DNA of 63,222 bases, filler included, from Choristocarpus tenellus KU-1152 (taxonomy: Eukaryota > Protista > Phaeophyceae), in assembly GCA_964200185.2 (NCBI GenBank). It is 10 parts of 10 records of this genome, joined end to end, with 100 filler letters (N's around TTAATTAATTAA, not from the genome) between each part and the next. Parts side by side here need not be neighbours in the genome. Positions count along the whole stretch, not along the records: positions 12,311 to 18,868 come from CAXNAD020007871.1; positions 18,969 to 25,011 come from CAXNAD020009085.1; 8 more parts are not named here. The stretch is one strand, 5' to 3'. Numbering within the stretch: the first letter of the stretch is position 1; every line of letters starts with the position of its first letter. Positions 12,577 through 24,889 of the stretch are shown here, one piece after another. A program made the translations under genes and the position numbers. Under the pieces are notes generated by a model. It did no database searches, had not been told where the DNA came from, and saw only the letters and a program-made list of their open reading frames with translations.

Positions 12577-14224
12577 AATGTTGACTTATTGTCTTTTTAT
12601 GCACGTTCGTACTTTGTATCATACCCAACCAATTATAAACGTACATATAACCTATGTTATAAACTTCTGTTAGCACAACTAACCTAAGGATAACACTAGG
12701 TTATTCGACATCCTCCCCTTACTGAAAACAAAAATCAAGTCACAAAAAATCGCATTAACGAGCAAACAAAAAATACAACACACATGTTACTTTACATGTT
12801 CATCAAAACCTTCACACGCTGTCTAAAAACTCGAACTGGCAAATTCTTGGTCAATACATCTGCCCTCTGGTTTGCAGTACCAACAAAAACAACACGAATC
12901 TCTCCTTTTCTCGACAAATCCCTCAGAAAATGATGTCGGACATCAATGTGCTTTGTTCTAGTAGAGCTCGTGGCACTTCGTACTAGTTTGCATGCACCAT
13001 TGTTATCCTCAAACAATTCAATGCAACGCCTAGGAAAGTGTGGCCGAATAAACTCAAAAACGCTTCTCAAGAAAAGCAATTCCTTTGCCACACTGCTAAG
13101 AGCTATGTATTCACTCTCCGTTGAAGACAGAGCTACAACTCTTTGTACCTTTGACGTCGAAGATATTGCTCCTCCTACAAACATTATTGCTCCTCCAGTC
13201 ACGGATCTAAGATCATTCCAGTCTCCAGCATAACTAGCATCAGCATATGCACTCAATTTACACTCAGTATCAAACCCACCTAACCTCAATCCAACACTGG
13301 GAGACGTATTCAAATATGCTAAAATACATTTCACTGCATGCCAATGTGTGACTTTGGGATTGCTACTATACTTGGCAACTTCACAAACTAAAATTGCAAT
13401 GTCAAGTCTAGTCATAACAGATGCCCACATCAGACTACCAAACGCCTCTCTGTACGGTGTATTTTCATCAACACTTGGATGATTCTCACACTCTTGTCCA
13501 AAGTCCTTGAGAGATCATGGGGTACCGACTTCTTCTTTGCCCCATCCATACCAAATCTTTGACAAACACTCTTAATGTACCTAGTCTGACAGACGGTGAC
13601 AGTCTGTGCAGTTCTGTTACGTGAAATCTCACAACCCATATAATACTCAAGATCACCAAAATCTTCTATGGAAAACTGCTCCTTAATCCTAGAGCGAACC
13701 CAAATCAAAACATCAATTTTATCAGCTACCAAAAGATCGTCTACGTGGGAGGCTATCATAGCACAAAGAACGCCATTTCTTACATAGCGTAATACACAGG
13801 GATCTGCTCTGCATTGCTCAAAACCACACTGTTCCAAAACGTGCACCAACAAATTATTTAACTTCCTGCTAGCCTGTTTGGTGCCATAAAGTGCCTTGAC
13901 TGAATGCACAATCTTTCCAGACCATATACCACACCCATCACATAAACGAACAAAGATCTCTTCACTAATTTCTGCTTGTATAAAAGCTTATTTTACATCC
14001 CAATGTTTCAATTCCCGATCCTTGTCTGCTACTAATCCTAAAACCATTTTCAAAGACGCAGGGGATGGTGTTGATGCAAAGGTATCTTGGTAATCTAAAC
14101 CCTCAATCTGTCGAAAACCCTTTGCTACCAAACGTGCCTTGTATCTAACTACCTCACCAAATTTGTCAGTCTTAAGTTTGTGAATCCATTTAGTGTCTAT
14201 TGCCCTGCGTCCAGGGGGTAATAC

Positions 14225-14776
14225 TGTTACAGGCGCCCCTCAGAACTCACCTCCACAGGATGTACAACTCAAATCCAACGACCTTAAAACGACGCTATGG
14301 GGGCGTTGCCCTTTGCAACAGTTTGCAAGGTGTCAGGTGTCCTTCTCTTCTTGATATTCCACTCAGTGCTTAGCTCAAAGCTCGACTCAAAGTTTCGTTC
14401 AAGATAAAGATAAAGACTGGTGCATAAGTGGGGTAATGGATTGACCAAAAACCCTCTTATTATTTTCATCATCCACCCAATTTCTTTGGTCTTCTATGCA
14501 ACTGCTCTACACGTGCTCCAATCATAAACCTTTCTTCTGCAACTTCTTAGGGACTTTGACATTTTCTTCTGTAATGTTACGTATGCATTCTGAATCTTAC
14601 TCTGTATCTTCTATGAAATCATCATTTATTCTATAGGGCTACCTATGTGTTACTAATATCGTAAATTGTTCGCACTTGTTAGAACGCGAGAAACAATCCT
14701 CATACTATACGTCTGTCTCAAATGTTAGTGTTTGCTAAAACATGATAAGAAATGCTCGCGCTATTCGCCTGTAACA
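14225..14776 (+). mobile_element. 552-bp non-coding insertion with 11-bp terminal inverted repeats and 4-bp TSD (solo LTR or Ginger-like non-autonomous element)
   Basis: TGTTACAGGCG...CGCCTGTAACA with TSD ATAC at 14221-14224 and 14777-14780. Removing it restores the Copia frame WVEAVLPPGRRAIDTKW. Confidence 0.85.
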
Positions 14777-14900
14777 ATACGGCCTCCACCCAAACATTAT
14801 TCAACAACAAACCAGACATCTCTTCTGCTCTAGCTCGATCCCATAAGTCACATTCGGGAGAGCTACGTACTGCTCTTACAGTCTTGGGTTCTGGAGGGAG

Positions 14901-15153
14901 TGTTACAGGCGCCCCCGAAAGCTTACCTCCACAGGATGTATAGCTCCAATCTACGGGCCTATAGATGATACTGATGTACGTATAGGACTCCTGATGCNNN
15001 NNNNNNNACTGATCAACGATGTCTTATCACAATCGGGGACCAATTTGACCAAATAATAAATAAATAATCAAGAAGTACAAATTTATCAAATCTAGAACTT
15101 CAAAATCATAATGGTGCTTATGAAACCACCATCAAGACATATCGCCTGTAACA
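14901..15153 (+). mobile_element. Second TGTTACAGGCG-ended insertion (contains a small gap)
   Basis: Same termini. TSD GGAG at 14897-14900 and 15154-15157. Confidence 0.8.
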
Positions 15154-18100
15154 GGAGTTCATCCGCTAACACTCTAATAGAATCATCACTCGCACACATC
15201 ACAAGGGTACTCTCTATGGAAACAGACAAACAAGTCATAAAAAATTGGACATGTTAAAAACAGCAGCTTTGGCGGAAGTAGGATGATTGCCTGATCTGGT
15301 GCGGTGGGGAAGGATAGTGTCTTCACCATTTCCAATGCTGAGACGTCGTAATCCCTTTCACATTGGCTGTCCTTGGCCTCATCCACCCCATTATCATCAC
15401 CATGATTGCTTTCCTCAGTCTCCTCCAACTCGTTGTCACCGTCAATGTTGTCCTCAGTCTCCTCCGCAAGTTCACCACTATCCCGGGTGTCATCAGATTC
15501 ATCATCATCACCTAGTTCACTTTCAATCCAGGTGATTCCATCATCATCACATTCACCCCCCATCTCCTGGATTTCTCCAGTCCGTCTTCGTGCATGTGGA
15601 GGGAGGATGTACCCTGGAGTGTCATCCAAATCTTCATGATCTCGGTCTAAATCAGAGATTGGAAAACGGAATCTGCCATCCTTGGTGGGGTGCCAATGTA
15701 TGTTTGCTCGCTGAATGACCGATTTGTAGTGACGTCTAGGACGTGGAAAGTACCACGGTCTTGGTTATCGGATATACCAACCATGATGCACTGTTGACCA
15801 CGACTCCCAAGCTTATGTCCAGGACTAGACTTGTAGTATCCAAGGGTGCCAAATGCTGGGACGTTCAGTACGGATCCGATTTCCCCATACAAATCCCTAT
15901 AAGGGGAAGTCCCCTTTTTGGCAACAGTTGCACTTGTTGAGGATGTAGGCTGAATGGTTGTATGCCTCTCCCCACAACGACATTTTGTTCTCCAATCCCG
16001 CAGAATAAATGCTGGCCCTGGCGCCACTATCCGCTTGGGCGATGCGACGTTCGACCACACCATTATACTGGGGTTCCCCTGTCCTGGTTATTTCCTGTAC
16101 CGCACACATTTCTATAACCAAGTCCTGGAATTCCTCACTCTGTCACTCACCCCCTGGGTCATGTCGAATATATTTAGTGCATCGACCACTGGGAAGTACC
16201 TCAGTCTTAAACCATCGCCAAAGAACCTTTGCTGCATAGCTCTTCTTCGGGAGTAGTCGTATCCAGGTGAAGTGAGTTGCATCATCGACAATTGCCAGGG
16301 CGTACTCAGCTCCACCGAGTGATATAATTTTCTTTCGTCCTGTGAGGTCAATAAAGCCGCGAGTAAAGGACCCCCTGGCTCGTGCAGTGGTGGATATTTG
16401 GACAGGGTCTCTTATCCTAATCTCTTTTGCGCACCCTATACACTTTGTTGACACTAAGTTTCCTGACAGTGTGATTCCTTGTTCCTTAGCTGTGTGTAGA
16501 AGAATTTTCTCAAGAGCGTGGTTGAGGATGCGACGAAAAACATTGATGCGCATGGGTGTTGTAGATGCAGTTGTGGCCAAAAGTGGGTCGTCTGGGGGTG
16601 GGAGCCTTTTGATGTTGGCAGTGTACATGGAGCCATTCCACTTTAAAGTAATTGGTAGATCCCCCCCATCACAGATATGATATGCATCACCAATCAATTT
16701 GATATTCACTTCCTTAGCCCTACCAGCAGAATGTGAAGAGAGAAGATTAAAAGCTATCTTCGGGACAAGTGCAACAGACATCAGAGTAACATGCACCTGC
16801 TCATCGCGACCAACATTGAAATTCAAATCAATCTTGCCATACCCCACAATGGGTAGAGATGTGCCATCAGCCACGGTCATGTTGTAGCCTTGTGGACATG
16901 CGGTGAAGACATACATGTACTTAGAGTCTTTCGTTACACTGTTCGAAGCACCCGAATCAAAACACCCCGTTTTGAAAGCATCCAATCTCACCTTGTCATT
17001 ATCAGCCACAGTGGCTAACATGGTCTTGAACTTCCTAGATTCCCTAGCTGGTTCATCTGGTTCAGCTAGTATTCCCGTCGAATTTAACGGCTTTGCTCTC
17101 CTCTGTGGACACACAGCCCGCAGGTGACCAATCTTCCCGCAGCTGTAACACAGTCCTCCAAACGTACAGGAACCGAAATGTTGAACCAATCCACATTTAT
17201 CACATCTCTCTCGGGCCTTGGCTAGTCCCCTGGAACGGGATCCTGTCGTCCAGGGACAATACAATGACCAGTCGTACCCCGGCTACCACCTCGGCCAGCC
17301 TTTTTCACGGTCCTCGCTGCCAGAGCGCTCTCGGGCTCTCCGCGATCAGCTGCTTCCCGTTGAAGAGAGAAGAAGCACGAATGAGCAGCTTGCTGTATCG
17401 TGGTTCTCGAACGCTCACTCTTATTATGGTGCTGGAGATAATGTTTGGTGATCTGGTAGTCGTCATCCAAACAGTCTAACATAGCGATTTCTAGGACCTG
17501 CTCGGACATCACATACCCCATCATCGCCATCTGGTCAACCCAGTCCAACATCATTGTAAAAGTGATTTGAGGGTCTGACCCCCGAGGCATTTTCACAGTC
17601 ATTACTTTCCTTTAGAGTCTGGCTATTTCCTCATCTTATTGAATAAGGAAGTGTTCACGTAGCTGTTTCCAGGCTCCTGAAGGTGAGGCTGCATTACGGA
17701 CAATACACCTGTAAATCCCACTGGTGCTCCTTAGCAGGACGTCATAAGCCTTCTTGGCCTTGGTGACCTCTTCTTCATCCACACCTTCCTGCTTGATGAA
17801 ATCAATATCACCCACCCTGATGGGTTCCTCTCTGTACTCCAATGCCTAATCAATATCCCCTTTGCCCCCCAAAATGCACGGGTTGTAGCGAACCAGTCTG
17901 CATAGTTGTCATCCGTAAGCTGAAGGAGTTTGGTGTGAAACCCATCAGTAGTCATGAGCGATGCAGTACCAATTCAAACCAAACAAGTCCGGCTGCGCCT
18001 CCCCTAGCTAGAGTTTGTATTAGGGACTTAAGCGTGTTAAAAAGCTTGGCACATGTAAGGCTCATCGCCGAAAGCTAGCAGTTGAATTACATGGTAAAAC

Positions 18101-18289
18101 ATACACTGAATCATTAATTGCCCGCCAGCCATCCATCATCACTGCCCTGTGAATGAATGTTGACTTATTATCTTTTTTTGCACGTTCGTACTTTGTATCA
18201 TACCCAACTAATTATAAACGTACATATAACCTATATTATATACTTGTGTCAGCATAACTAATGTAAGGATAACACTAGGTTATTCGACA

Positions 18290-18868
18290 CCCGTAGTCTT
18301 TTCCAGTCCTCCTTGGCAAGCTCGACCATTTTCTCCGTAACCTCAACATTCCTGTGGTGGAAAAGATGGTAAGGTTCCATTGCATGTGTGACATGAAGTT
18401 CCCTCGCCCACTCGTACACTTTGTGTGACCCTTCCTTAAGGTCGAAGAAAGTTCTCAGGTGTAGCTGAAGCTCACAAAAATGTCCGTGTCCATGGTCTTG
18501 GGGGACGATTGTTGAAACACTAGTACATGACTGAAATCCTCGCCATGCAGTGACCAGGCGCAGGTCACCTTTTGCCCATGCCATCTTCGACTTGCGTATT
18601 GTGCTCTCTCTCGTCTTCAGCAGGCCCTCAACCACATCAGCTGACGCAGACGCCGCGATCCCCCTCACGATGCGGTCCAACTTGAGTTTAGCTTCTTGCA
18701 CATCTCGGAGATAATCATCGACAGAAATGTGTGTACAGGGTTGCCGGAGGTGCTCAGGAAAATATGGCGTAATATTCAGAGCATCAATATTCTCCTGTTG
18801 CAGAGCTAGCTCGAAGTAGCAGTTGTCGTAGTCGTCCTGGTATTTCTGTACAAAGTGAACATGCAGAA
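18290..18868 (-). pseudogene. Disrupted RelA/SpoT-like (alarmone-synthetase-type nucleotidyltransferase) domain coding region
   Basis: The frame is open from the gap to the Copia LTR: ...LRQPCTHISVDDYLRDVQEAKLKLDRIV...LKTRESTIRK...GDLRLVT / (shifted frame) MARISVM ... CELQLHLRTFFDLKEGSHKVYEWARELHV. Motif order matches RSH synthetase KxxxSxxxK, DxxR, ExQ, HxxY. The GYR region appears deleted. Confidence 0.6.
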
Positions 18869-19446
18869 NNNNNNNNNNNNNNNNNNNNNNNNNNNNNNNN
18901 NNNNNNNNNNNNTTAATTAATTAANNNNNNNNNNNNNNNNNNNNNNNNNNNNNNNNNNNNNNNNNNNNCACCTCTCATCCTTCATAGGCGCAGGCCAAAG
19001 GCACCACTTGAGGGTTGGCATCTCTAATCCTGTCTAGTGCGTGTGGTCCTTTGGTGGAACATACTAGGTGGTGCAATTTATGCTACTGTTGTACTTGTGT
19101 TCATTAGCCTTGCCACAATATTAAGACTAGTTTTTCATCTGGTGCGCCATTGCTTGCACCCGTTCGGTGATTTCTGTGATCTACCTGGATACGATTGACT
19201 CCCTAAGAGCAAGGTGGTGGAGCAAGGACTGTGGGAGCCGTGCGTGGTCTCCGAGCAACGCAAAAGTGATAATCGGAAGGAATGCATCCAATTGGGTACA
19301 CATTCGTAGACGACCAATTTGGAGGCGAAATCACTCCCCTATTCAAGGACTAAATGATTACTCCCCCATCCCTTGGTCCAGGACTTGTCCATAGAGTCAA
19401 ATTGAAAAAGGTGTAAAGCCACCTTCATCTTCCCAAAACAGATGAT

Positions 19447-19704
19447 GAGTCAAAGTATCTGAGAGAGTAGAGCTGCGTCCATTCGGGGATCAAAATTCAA
19501 TGTTGTGATTTGTATTTAATTTTGGCTATCGTGTTTGTCAAGGAGTATCGATATCCTTGTTCTGGACACACCTTTTAATATCATACACATTTTACCTACT
19601 CCGAAACGTTTTGGGGTAGGAAAATGTTATCAAAAAACCGTGGGAAGTCAAGCCGCAAATAGACAAATATGGGAAAACTCGTACCCTCTGAGATACTTTC
19701 ACCC
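19447..19704. mobile_element. MITE family A, full copy
   Basis: GAGTCAAAGTATCTGAGAGAGTA...TACCCTCTGAGATACTTTCACCC. Probable TSD GAT, offset by one base on the right. Confidence 0.85.
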
Positions 19705-22700
19705 TGATGTGGGTGCGTAATACATATTTCCGTGCCTGCAATATCTATGAGTCTGTCTACTTCCACTAGTAGGATGCATATTTGTTCCTTACAAGCACAA
19801 GTGTGCTTCTAGACACGAATGTAAGTAGGCATGTGCTGGGAGAATATACCTCAATAAAGACCAATAAGTAAGTGAACACTCGGAAATACTCACACTCCTA
19901 CGCTAAAGACTTTCTCTTAATTCGTTTCTTGGAGATATCTTGGTCCTCCTGAACTGTGGGTAGTAGGGTGCAAACTCTTGCAAGCACATCACTGTATGTG
20001 CAAGAAGAATAGATAAAATTCTTGCGAATGGTCATATGTCGGTGGTATCGGCCCTGAGTCCTATCCTGATCATTTTTGCTTCTCGAGTAACATATCATGT
20101 CAACAGCAACAACTTGTATGTAAATGAACTAGTCATGACCAGCATTCTTCATGTTGATGAAGTATCCATTTATTTGTTTGATGTGACATGATGTGACATG
20201 ACGTGACATCTAATGACGCTCCTGTTAGACCCACTACTGGTACTTACCGAGCCAGCGACCCTCTTCTCATGGGTCGGAGCATTTGTATGATTTTACGCCA
20301 TTCATTTGACAAGAAGACCACAATGATATGTAGTGTCAGTAGTAACCAGGCAATTTCTACCACTCCATGATGACACTCATCGGGTGTCTTTCATTCGCAT
20401 ATTGTTGTTGTGCACCCGCTACGACAATAGCAGTACTTGTGTGGGTCATTGGGTATTATATTGTGCACTTTAACTGTTAAGAGAACACGTATGTCGTAGA
20501 GAACATGGGAGGATTTGAGCACTGGATGAAATGGAGATAGAGAAATGGTAATATGCAGAATAAGATATATATATATATATATATGTAGTACGGTAATATG
20601 TAACCGAAAGCATTCCGGGCCGTGGTTCACATCTTAGCGGGATAATTCAATGGAGAATCAATTCTGGGTTTTGATGTCCACGTGTTCGAGGCGTTTTTCG
20701 GTATGCTTGATGGAGTATTCTAGGAACTAGGAACGGTTGTTAGTGTTCAGGGTTAGTGATTCCTTCTAGAAGCAACAGGTGCTGAACCAAGCCCCACCAC
20801 CCATATTGATATCACTCTTCCCTTCCCAACCATCTCATCACGTTCGGCAAGGGGCAATCGTGTGAAGCTCTCATTCCTTTCTTTCCTCTCCTTCTATACT
20901 GACACAAACAGCAGTATAAATCTGCACAGGTGATGGAGGCCAGTCCAGGTATTTTCTTGGTTGTTTGTTGTTGGACTGATGGTGACGAATAGCTACGACA
21001 CATGTATGAGTTATTGTGTATGAAGAGCACTGTCTGTCAAACGGGCATGGACAACATAAACAAACATCGGGGGTATGATCCATTCTTCGCACTAAATGGG
21101 GGTAAACTTCACAGTTGTGTGTGGAAGTGGGTAGCTACATGCTGTAGTGTTATAGTAGCCAGGTGCGTTCTTCGGTTGGTGCGGGGTGTCGTCTTGGAGT
21201 ACACACTGGGAAGCTGGTAAGTACTGGAGTGCCTAAAATATTGTTGTACAACCATAGCAGTATATCGAGTTGAAATTTTGTGCAATACCTGTCTGGACAT
21301 GCCTGCAAGGTCTTGCCTACGACAGTCCGGTGTTTGAAGATACTTCTTCTACTGTTGTGCCGTCAAAGGGGGGGCAGACCAATCACATTTTCAGGAATGG
21401 TACAGCAATTGGAACATGTACGGCACACCGTACCAAGCAACCAAGATCGAATTCCTTTGGTAGGGTTCACGTGTTTGTGAATTGTTTGTCATGGTATCAT
21501 CATAAACATGTATTTCCTGCCGTATTTTGAGCTGTAGTCACGCAGGTTCTACGCCGTGCGTACTGCAATTGAGCGAATGAAAGCGTAGAAATGGGTGTGT
21601 GATGGTAACATGATCGTGGCGTGAAATACTATACTTCAGGCTGAACATTATGTAAGGATGTATTCTCTCTGCCTCGTATGCGCTACCTCAGAGTACAATC
21701 GTAGTACGAGGCATTAATTTGAAATAGGTGGCAGGGCAAATAGTAGCTTTGATTGAGTGGGGTTGCCTTGCATCCAGTGCATCCACTATGTAGACGCACG
21801 AATCTGGCGTAGTGCCTGTCTGCACATAAGTGTCTTTATACACAAGAATATATAATGAATGCTCATTCTTAGTTTCCCTGGTCAAAACTTCAAGGGCACC
21901 TCATTTTCCCGTCAAATTCCCTGGGGCTCACTCTGACAACATAGAAGCCAGCCATTCCAGTCGTCAGGAGTCAAATGATGACGTATTATTCTAACAAGCA
22001 GGAGAGGCCGTCTATGAGTCCTCAAGTGTTAACGGCACAGTTATGAAGCGAGGTACATGGAAGGAAACCATCTTGCAGTAGTAGCTACATTGTTTACCTG
22101 CTCAGCGCGACAGTCAGTGCTTCTGACTATATTTTTCCTATTGCACATCACCTCCTACCCACAACAACAACGCCCTACACTCAACAACACACTGCTTCGA
22201 AGAACGTACGGTACCTAACAACCAATAATAGAACGAACAGCCTCCCCGGAGCTCAACATACCAGCCTGCCCATACGGGCGGAGTTCACCTGGCAAGCCCT
22301 TCATGTTGCTATAGAGATGCATAGAGTGACAACGTGCTGACAACTTGCTTCTTGCGCTTGGCCTCTGTCAATCATCATACACAACAGTGCTCATTCAATT
22401 AATCCCATTGACAGGCAAATAACTTCACCCCCTCAAACTTCATACATCTCATTTCCAAAAATGAGTGCCATGTCTATCAAAGTGTCTGCCGGTACAAACC
22501 GAGTTGACTCACCTGGTGGGGAATGATGATGGCCTCAACGGTCTGAAAAGCTGGCGGTAGACGGATCCTATGACATGACTAAAGTATTTTCTACCAATTG
22601 ACTTGGACTATTCTTTTTGGTTTTTGATTCATAGTCGGTGGAAGGGGTGGGGACTTTATGGCTGGGAGTTGGAACGGAAAAATCATATCTAAGTTCTGCA

Positions 22701-23141
22701 AGATAGTGGAACAAAAGATATCGCATACATCAATTGCAAACAGGCGTTTGTGAAACTGCCATACAGAATTGTCCCCTGTGACACTGCTCCATGACAAAGT
22801 ACGAAAAACATTATATATGTAATAGTCTCTCACTGAATCTACGAAGGCACCTACAGGAGGTTCACGTTTCTAAGGACCGTTCGCAGTCATGAGCAATTCT
22901 TGAGCAACGATATAATACCGCCATTCCACTTATGCCCTCTGATTCCTCTCTACAGGTATTCGCGAAATTCTTCACACCTCGCAAAACGTAGCCCCCAACG
23001 CTAACTACAACGTTCGGGCCGTACTGTGGCGATAACATCCACTATCCCCAGCAACGTAGCAAGGATCTATTTGCTGCTCTGTATCGTACATTACAAGGAC
23101 AACATTTGAGACTCCTATAACTATTTAACGTCCGTTGTTCA

Positions 23142-23296
23142 GAGTGAAAGTATCTTAGAGGGTACGAGTTTTGTCCTGTTTGTCCGTTTAGGGCTTGGGT
23201 TCCCACGGGTTTATTNNNNNNNNNNACATCAGAATCGCAACATTGGATTTTGGCCACTAAATGGACGCGGCTCTACCCTCTAAGATACTTTGACTC
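23142..23296. mobile_element. MITE family A (internal assembly gap)
   Basis: TIRs GAGTGAAAGTATCTTAGAGGGTA and TACCCTCTAAGATACTTTGACTC. TSD TCA at 23139-23141 and 23297-23299. Confidence 0.85.
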
Positions 23297-23790
23297 TCAC
23301 CTAGCGCCCAAGTCAGTTTGTTCGACTATGTCTACTTGTCGAGCACTATTTATGATTATAGTAGGTTCGTGCTCAACATGCTCGGCCTTATTTGTCCTAC
23401 GACATCCGTCGTCCAGGAAGAATTGAGGGCCACTCCTTGCTCTGTAGCATCCATCCGTTATGAATGAAAAACAAAACTAGAGATGGGTAGCCAGCGTAGA
23501 AGCAAGTTCATCTCATCTGTAGAGGGTCACAAAATAGTACCCATATTTCTATGGATATATTGTGAGTTTGACTCGAGAGCGCCTATTTCTCTATTTTTTG
23601 CACTTCTCCAACACAATTCATAAAAAAATTATCCTACAAACATTTGTACAAAAAGTCGAAATTTTTCACATATTTCCCAACATCCCTAAATTGCAACTCT
23701 GGGTAACTCTCAATTACTTTGACTCAAAAGTATCATAGACCACCACGAATTGAGATATCAATGTGAAAGAATAGATTGAGGGGATGTTGA

Positions 23791-24889
23791 AAGTCATTTC
23801 AAGGTGGGAATACCCCAGCAATAGTTCAGACCTTCACCTTACTTGGGTGTAAGGTAAGCATAGATCCACACTTTCCTATCCTTCAGATCTGCTCGACATT
23901 GAGCACCTTCCTTTCCGTGTAGATTCGACGAACAGTCACGAAATGCCGAGTATGGCAATGTTGGGAACTGAGTGTGAATAGAGAACAACACGAGTGCAGG
24001 CACATCCTGCCTCTAGTGACATGCAGAACAAAAATCGACAAGAAGGGGTCGCGTTGTCCATTTCCTTTGCAACAGACAGCCGTTGCCAGGAAAATCCTTT
24101 GATAGAGCAACGAAAAACATCAAGTTGTGATACCCTACCGTGCGTTCTCCAAGGGGCAAATTATTTCCTGCATCGTCTACATCCTGCGTAAAAGGAAGGG
24201 GAAAGACACTCTACACTAAAAGAGAATCTGATATGGAGGTATTATTCTTCTCCACGTAGCAGGATCGGACAGGTACTCAAGAAATATATACTAGTGGGAT
24301 TATGTTGCTATTAGATTGAGTGCGAGCCCCACATCAAAGTTCAAAATCTAACACCTGAGGCGAGTCCATCTTAGATACGTTTATTGGAATCCCTTGGAGG
24401 ACATCATGCTGATGGCCCATAAGTCATCTACCTGACATGACACAAAATAGGGGCGTGGTGGAACTATCAGATGATACCCCACCACTCTTAGCGCAATGAA
24501 TGGAGTACACGATGATGCAGGGTCGGCTGCACTAATACCCACCATCAAGAGTACATTGTGCATAGACCTCTTTGCTTTATTGGATATTCAAATCGCCATG
24601 TGTGTGTAAGTCATATCATCATCAGAAGTCATTTCAAGGTGGGAATACCCCAGCAATAGTTCAGACCTCCACCATACTTGGGTGTAAGGTAAGCATAGAT
24701 CCACACTTTCCTATCCTTCAGATCTGCTCGACATTGTGCACCTTCCTTTCCGTGTAGATTCGACGAACAGTCACGAAATGCCGAGTATCGCAATGTTGGG
24801 AACTGAGCGTGAATAGAGATCAACATGAGTGCAGGCACATCCTGCCTCTAGTGACATGCAGAACGAAAATCCACAAGGGGTCGCGTTGT
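23791..24889. repeat. Two ~265-bp direct repeats, 835 bp apart (23791-24057 and 24626-24889)
   Basis: Near-identical sequence AAGTCATTTCAAGGTGGGAATACCCCAGC...GGGGTCGCGTTGT in both copies. Confidence 0.9.

Larger units (their letters stand above)
12577..18289 (-). mobile_element. Ty1/Copia LTR retrotransposon, degenerate, nearly full length
   Basis: 5' LTR 18289-18035 (TGTCGAATAA...TTTTAACA). Homologous 3' LTR 12710-12577, truncated by a MITE, with PPT AAGGGGAGGA just inside it. Domain order: gag (17955-17222), zinc knuckle CYSCGKIGHLRAVC, protease FDSGASNS, integrase FIDLTG/RHDPGGE/PQYNGVVERR, RT (KARLVAKGF, SHVDDLL), RNase H (YADASYAGD, TKHIDVRHH). Several frameshifts. Confidence 0.95.

Noticed and set aside
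15186-15629. Acidic 147-aa ORF as a possible captured or extra gene in the Copia
   Set aside because: It lies in sense orientation between integrase and RT, where Copia elements have a variable low-complexity linker.
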